DNA of 64,000 nt from an uncultured Acidobacteriota bacterium (GTDB lineage: Bacteria > Acidobacteriota > UBA6911). Positions 59,500 through 64,000 of the stretch are shown piece by piece; positions within the stretch are counted from its first letter, which is position 1; every line of letters starts with the position of its first letter. The notes under the pieces were generated by a model, which had not been told where the DNA came from, ran no database searches, and saw nothing but the letters and a program-made list of their open reading frames with translations. Both the position numbers and the translations under genes were made by a program. The stretch spans positions 160,001-224,000 of the forward strand of contig CAWHCF010000023.1 in the NCBI GenBank assembly GCA_963827655.1, read 5' to 3'.

Positions 59500-60204
59500 T
59501 CATGCCTCCATCGGCGTGGCTTCGCGGCCGCTGAGGATGATGTCAAATCGGTAGCCCAGCGCCTGTTCCGGTATCGTGCAGTCCCAGTCGAAAAGGCAAA
59601 TCAGCCGGTCGCGCGCCTTCTCATTGGCCGTGCTGTTGAAAATCGGATCGTATGGCAGCAGCGGATCGCCGGGAAAATACATTTGCGTGACCAGGCGCGT
59701 CGCAAACGCCGGGCCAAAGAGCGAAAAATGAATGTGCGCCGGCCGCCACGCATTGTGATGGTTGCGCCAGGGATATGCGCCCGGCCGGATGGTCACGAAG
59801 CGGTACCAGCCGCCGGCGTCGGTCAGCGTACGACCGCAACCCGTGAAGTAAGGGTCGAGGGGCGCGTCGTGCTGATCCCGCTCATGCAGATATCTCCCAG
59901 CCGCGTTCGCTTGCCAGATCTCGACCAAGGTATGCGGCACCGGTCGCCCGTCCTGGTCCAGCACCCGCCCGCTCACGACGATACGCTCTCCCGACGGCTC
60001 TCCGGAAGCCTGCTTCGTCAAGTCAAACAAAGCCAGGCCGACGGTCTCCTCCTCGAATACGGGTCCGGTTACCTCGGAAACCGTGTGCGGGAGATAGACC
60101 AACGGCTTGGTCGGCGCGCGCTTGAGGGATGAGAGATACTGGGGATGCAGGTGATTCGGCTGAGTCCCCGGAATCGGCCTCCGGTAGCCGGCGATGTTCG
60201 TCAT
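59500..60204 (-). CDS. pcaH: Protocatechuate 3,4-dioxygenase beta subunit
   Basis: EIWQANAAGRY, PGAYPWRNH..AWRPAHIHFS, TQMYFPGDP. Confidence 0.95.
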   Translation of the reverse strand: MTNIAGYRRPIPGTQPNHLHPQYLSSLKRAPTKPLVYLPHTVSEVTGPVFEEETVGLALFDLTKQASGEPSGERIVVSGRVLDQDGRPVPHTLVEIWQANAAGRYLHERDQHDAPLDPYFTGCGRTLTDAGGWYRFVTIRPGAYPWRNHHNAWRPAHIHFSLFGPAFATRLVTQMYFPGDPLLPYDPIFNSTANEKARDRLICLFDWDCTIPEQALGYRFDIILSGREATPMEA

Positions 60205-60397
60205 AAAGCGCTAATCCTTCATGTATCGCGACTCCTTTGTGCAGCCGCGACTTCGGGCCGGGGGCGGCTCAACTCTAAACTGTCCTGGCGGCGAGAGGCG
60301 CCGAAAATCCAGCGCGAGGTTGTCGTGCCATCGCCGAGACGCCGGTAGATTATACTGTAAATGATCCGCTGCTCGAGCTGTCGCGGCAACTCTGGCA

Positions 60398-61507
60398 TTG
60401 AGTGACGCAAGAAGGAAAACAGTCATGCACCGAAGTGATGTGGTGGGCAGTCTGTTGCGTCCGGCCTACCTGAAGGAGGCGCGAGAGCGCCACGACTCGG
60501 CTGAACTCACCGATACGGTCTTCAAGCGCATCGAGGACCGAGCCGTTGACGAAGCGGTGGCTCTGCAAGAGAGAGCCGGGATCGACGTGGTCAGCGATGG
60601 CGAGATGCGGCGCTACGCATTCTATGGTCACCTCATCGAGGCCGTGGAGGGGTACGACAAGTTTGGGGGCTGGGCCATCCCGTTCCGGAATGAAGAGGGA
60701 GAGGAAATTATTCTAAGACGCCCCGTGGTCGTCTCACGCTTGCGCCGCAAGCGTCATCTGTGCGCGGAGGAATTCACCTACTTGCGCGCGCGAACCAACC
60801 GCGCCGCCAAGACTACGCTGATCAGCGCGCAACAGGCGGCGGCCTACTACGACCGCAAGAAGTCGAGCGCCGCCTACATCACGATTGATGCCTACCTGGC
60901 GGACCTGGTCGACATCCTGCGCGGAGAAGTAGAGGAGTTGATCCGTCTGGGCTGCACTTACATCCAGATTGACTCCCCGCAATACGCCGCGCTGCTGGAT
61001 TCCGACCTGCGCGAAGGATACCGCAAGCGCGGCAACGACCCGGATCGGCTGCTGGATCTGTCGATTGAGATGGATAATGCGGTGATCGGCGATCATCCGG
61101 GCATTACCTTTGGCCTGCATCTGTGCCGGGGCAATAACCAGAGCAAGTTCTATGCCCGCGGAGACTATGGACCGATCACCCGGGTCTTTCGCAACACAAA
61201 GTTCCAACGCTTCCTGCTGGAATTTGACGATGAACGCTCCGGGGGCTTTGAGCCGCTCGGCCAGATGCCGGAAGACAGAACCGTCGTGCTGGGACTGGTG
61301 AGCTCAAAGCAGGGAGCGCTGGAAAGCAAAGAAGAGTTGAAACGCCGCGTCCAGGAAGCCGCGGCCATTATTCCGCAGGAAAGACTGGCACTGAGTCCAC
61401 AGTGCGGATTCGCGTCAACCATGGAGGGCAACCTGTTAACGCCGGATGATCAGGAAGCCAAACTGCGCCTGGTGGCAGAAACCGCTCGAGAGCTGTGGGG
61501 CGCATGA
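60398..61507 (+). CDS. Cobalamin-independent methionine synthase II family protein
   Basis: DVVGSLLRP, SDGEMRR, HLCRGN, LEFDDERSG, LSPQCGFAS. Confidence 0.92.
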   Translation: MSDARRKTVMHRSDVVGSLLRPAYLKEARERHDSAELTDTVFKRIEDRAVDEAVALQERAGIDVVSDGEMRRYAFYGHLIEAVEGYDKFGGWAIPFRNEEGEEIILRRPVVVSRLRRKRHLCAEEFTYLRARTNRAAKTTLISAQQAAAYYDRKKSSAAYITIDAYLADLVDILRGEVEELIRLGCTYIQIDSPQYAALLDSDLREGYRKRGNDPDRLLDLSIEMDNAVIGDHPGITFGLHLCRGNNQSKFYARGDYGPITRVFRNTKFQRFLLEFDDERSGGFEPLGQMPEDRTVVLGLVSSKQGALESKEELKRRVQEAAAIIPQERLALSPQCGFASTMEGNLLTPDDQEAKLRLVAETARELWGA

Positions 61508-61511
61508 CCCG

Positions 61512-61598
61512 ACTTAGTGTTTCTTCGTGCCTTCGTGTCTTCGTGGTTAGAATTGTCTAACGAATACCACTAAGACTCAAAGACGCGAAGAAACACGA
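61512..61598. repeat. Inverted pair of the ~35-bp octamer-based dispersed repeat (representative copy)
   Basis: TTAGTGTTTCTTCGTGCCTTCGTGTCTTCGTGGT...ACCACTAAGACTCAAAGACGCGAAGAAACAC. Other copies near 2701, 5407, 10799, 16670, 20095, 29063, 47971, 51801, 55641 and 57171. Confidence 0.8.
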
Positions 61599-61677
61599 TG
61601 TATACTCTCTCTCAATCAACACGGATCCGGACTATGCGGAAGTATTTGCTCGGACGTCGCAACCTGCCACAAGGGGG

Positions 61678-63057
61678 TTGACCATCGCAGAATCGAGCAT
61701 TTTCTGGGACACGCTGCTCCAGCTGATAGAGGAAGGCAAGGTCGTTCCGATCGCGGGGCAGGATCTTTTGACCATCGACACGCCGGCGGGTTCGAAGCTG
61801 CTCTATGCCTACCTCGCCGAGCAGCTGGCCGGATATCTTGGAATCTCCGGTGACAGCTTGCCGGCGGGCAACGAACTCAACGAAGTCGCCTACCGTTTCC
61901 TGGCGCAAGGCAACCAGCTGGAGGATATCTATCCCGCGCTGAAAGCAGTCGCCTCCAAAGTCGAGGCTTTACCGGTCCCAGAACCACTGCTCCAGCTGGC
62001 CGACATCCGTCCGTTGCAGTTGTTTGTCACTACCACCTTCGATTCCTTCTTGACACGAGCGATCAACCAGAAACGCTTCGGAGGCAACGCGACGACCAGA
62101 GTAATCGCCTATTCGCCCACCGAGCTGGCAGACCTGCCCGGCGACATGAAGAGTTTGAATTCGCCCATCGTCTATCACCTGCTTGGCAAGCTGTCGTCTA
62201 CTCCGGCCTATGCCGTCACCCAGGAAGACTTCGTTGAGTTCTTCCACTCGCTGCAATCGGGGACGCGGCAGCCTCCGCTGCTGTTCGACGAGTTGAATCG
62301 GCAAAGCTTGATGGTTCTTGGCAGCCGCTTCAGCGGCTGGCTGGCACGTTTCTTCATGCGCATGCCCAAGCGGCAGCGTCTTTCGGCCGGAGGCAAGAGT
62401 GATTATGTCGTCGATGCAGAGGTGAGCAACGACGGCAATCAGGTGCTGTTCCTTAAGAACTTCAGCAAGGCGACAAAAATCTATCGCAGCGGGGGAGTTC
62501 TCGAGTTCGTCCGTGAACTCCATGGCCGCTGGAGGGAACGTCACCCCGAAAACACTGAGGTTGTTGCCGCGCCCTTGGATTCCTCCCTGGCACCTCAACT
62601 GAGACCCGGTGCCGTATTTCTGAGCTACGCCAGCGGCGACGCCGAAGCGGCGGAAAAGCTCAAGATGGGCCTGGAAGGAGCCGGCGTTGACGTATTCTTC
62701 GATCGGGAGCAGCTGGAACCTGGAGACGATTGGGAGGCAAAACTGCGGCGCAGCATCCACCACTGTTCGCTGTTCCTTCCGATCATCTCGCAGCACACTT
62801 TGACTCCCGAGCGCCGCTTCTTCCGCATGGAATGGAACCTCGCCCTCGAAGAGGCCCAAAAAGCTTCCTTCTCTGATGACGAAGCATTCCTGCTCCCCGT
62901 CGTAATCGATGATACGAAAATCGACGACCCTGCAATTCCATCCAGGTTTCGCGCCACCCAATGGAAATCACTCCCCGGCGGCCAACCGACACCGGATTTC
63001 GTCAGCCGCGTGCAGCAGCTCTATCGAAAGTACCTGAAATCCCGAGCGAGGACCTGA
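61678..63057 (+). CDS. SIR2-like domain + C-terminal TIR domain protein
   Basis: SIR2-like: VVPIAG, FVTTTFD, VYHLLG, LMVLGSRF. TIR: VFLSYASGD, VDVFFD...LEPGDDW, FLPIIS, FFRMEW, LLPVVID. Confidence 0.85.
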   Translation: MTIAESSIFWDTLLQLIEEGKVVPIAGQDLLTIDTPAGSKLLYAYLAEQLAGYLGISGDSLPAGNELNEVAYRFLAQGNQLEDIYPALKAVASKVEALPVPEPLLQLADIRPLQLFVTTTFDSFLTRAINQKRFGGNATTRVIAYSPTELADLPGDMKSLNSPIVYHLLGKLSSTPAYAVTQEDFVEFFHSLQSGTRQPPLLFDELNRQSLMVLGSRFSGWLARFFMRMPKRQRLSAGGKSDYVVDAEVSNDGNQVLFLKNFSKATKIYRSGGVLEFVRELHGRWRERHPENTEVVAAPLDSSLAPQLRPGAVFLSYASGDAEAAEKLKMGLEGAGVDVFFDREQLEPGDDWEAKLRRSIHHCSLFLPIISQHTLTPERRFFRMEWNLALEEAQKASFSDDEAFLLPVVIDDTKIDDPAIPSRFRATQWKSLPGGQPTPDFVSRVQQLYRKYLKSRART

Positions 63058-64000
63058 TGCACGTCGAAGAGGGGGTCCCGCAAGCTCCATCCGGCTCGTC
63101 AACCGTCAGCACCGACAATCCTTGGCCGGGACTGCTGGCCTTTCGCGAAGCGGATCAAGGTTATTTCCAGGGCCGCAAAGCCGAGACCGAGGAACTGTTT
63201 CGCCTGGTGATGCGCGAACGCCTGAGCGTTTTGTTCGGTCTTTCCGGCCTGGGCAAGTCCTCGTTGCTGCAGGCCGGTCTCTTTCCCTTGCTGCGCCGCG
63301 AAACCGTTTTCCCGGTCTATATCCGCCTGGACTTCTCTGACCCAGAGCCCGAGCTGGTCGGCCAGGCAAAGGCCGATATTGCCCGCGAAGCGTCGGCGGC
63401 GCACATCGAAGCTCCACCGGCCAAAGCCGGCGATACGCTCTGGGAATACTTTCACCGCCAGGACAACGACTTCTGGAACGCCCGCAACCAGCCCGTGATT
63501 CCTCTCCTGGTTTTCGACCAGTTCGAGGAGATCTTCACCCTTGGCCGCGTAGACCCAAACCGCACGCGAGCCACGGAAGCGCTGATCGAGCAACTCGCTG
63601 ACCTGGTCGAAGGCCGGCCTCCTGCAAGACTCAAAGCCAGACTTGACGAGCATCCCGAGGAAACCAAGGAATTCTTGTTCTCACATCACGATTACAAGAT
63701 TCTCCTCAGCATCCGTGAAGACTTCTTGCCGGACCTGGAAGCCTTGCGCACCCGCATGCCGGCTCTGTCACTGAACCGATTCCGCCTCCGGCGAATGAAC
63801 GGCGAGGCTGCCGTTCTGGTAGTGAATCAAGCCCGGCACCTGATCGATCCCGATGTCGCCGAACAGGTGGTGCGCTTCGTTGCCGCCGACCAGCGCCGCC
63901 TTCCGCTTGCCGATCTCGAGGTGGAACCCGCGCTCCTGAGCGTCGTCTGCCGGGAACTGAACAACAAGCGTCGAGCCCTGGGTGCGCCGAAGATCACCGC
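63057..64000 (+). CDS. nSTAND1-type STAND NTPase, N-terminal part (runs off the window)
   Basis: ATG overlaps the upstream TGA (TGATG). My translation gives NPWPGLLAF...FQGR, Walker A GLSGLGKSS, Walker B LLVFDQFEE, ILLSIREDFL. Absent from the ORF track because it has no stop. Confidence 0.85.
   Translation, partial: MHVEEGVPQAPSGSSTVSTDNPWPGLLAFREADQGYFQGRKAETEELFRLVMRERLSVLFGLSGLGKSSLLQAGLFPLLRRETVFPVYIRLDFSDPEPELVGQAKADIAREASAAHIEAPPAKAGDTLWEYFHRQDNDFWNARNQPVIPLLVFDQFEEIFTLGRVDPNRTRATEALIEQLADLVEGRPPARLKARLDEHPEETKEFLFSHHDYKILLSIREDFLPDLEALRTRMPALSLNRFRLRRMNGEAAVLVVNQARHLIDPDVAEQVVRFVAADQRRLPLADLEVEPALLSVVCRELNNKRRALGAPKIT

Noticed and set aside
2701-61598. Octamer and heptamer repeats as a CRISPR array
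   Set aside because: No regularly spaced repeat-spacer structure and no cas genes; the copies are dispersed or purely tandem.

Overview
This 64-kb, GC-rich bacterial window is most likely Acidobacteriota (inferred from an ADOP-type permease, Oar-like TonB-dependent receptors and an ECF/anti-sigma/'GAPYSA' operon). It carries mostly catabolic and periplasmic genes: a GGT-like hydrolase, an S9 peptidase, an acyl-CoA synthetase, Gfo/Idh/MocA plus DUF1080 genes, pcaHG-pcaB, gldA, polB and a MetE-like protein. Many genes have single-base frameshifts that look like long-read indel errors. The most striking content is non-coding. Two ~770-nt ORF-less group II introns (39613-40381 and 41459-42226, minus strand) each sit after the first G of the tetranucleotide foot of a different REP-like hairpin, and their putative EBS1 loops differ in step with their targets. 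A ~300-bp MITE occurs twice, with 8-bp AGCTTGCT/AGCAAGCT target duplications matching the REP core. An IS1182 remnant and a second MITE family also sit inside REP hairpins, and a ~35-bp octamer-based repeat recurs at more than 10 gene-module junctions. Candidate defence loci are a translationally coupled SIR2-like+TIR / nSTAND NTPase pair (truncated by the window end), a 3-gene operon led by a DUF3626/ADP-ribosyltransferase-like protein, and a decayed island (TA pair, type III Res::UvrD deletion scar). No rRNA, tRNA or CRISPR array was recognised. All family calls come from motif recognition by eye, not database searches.
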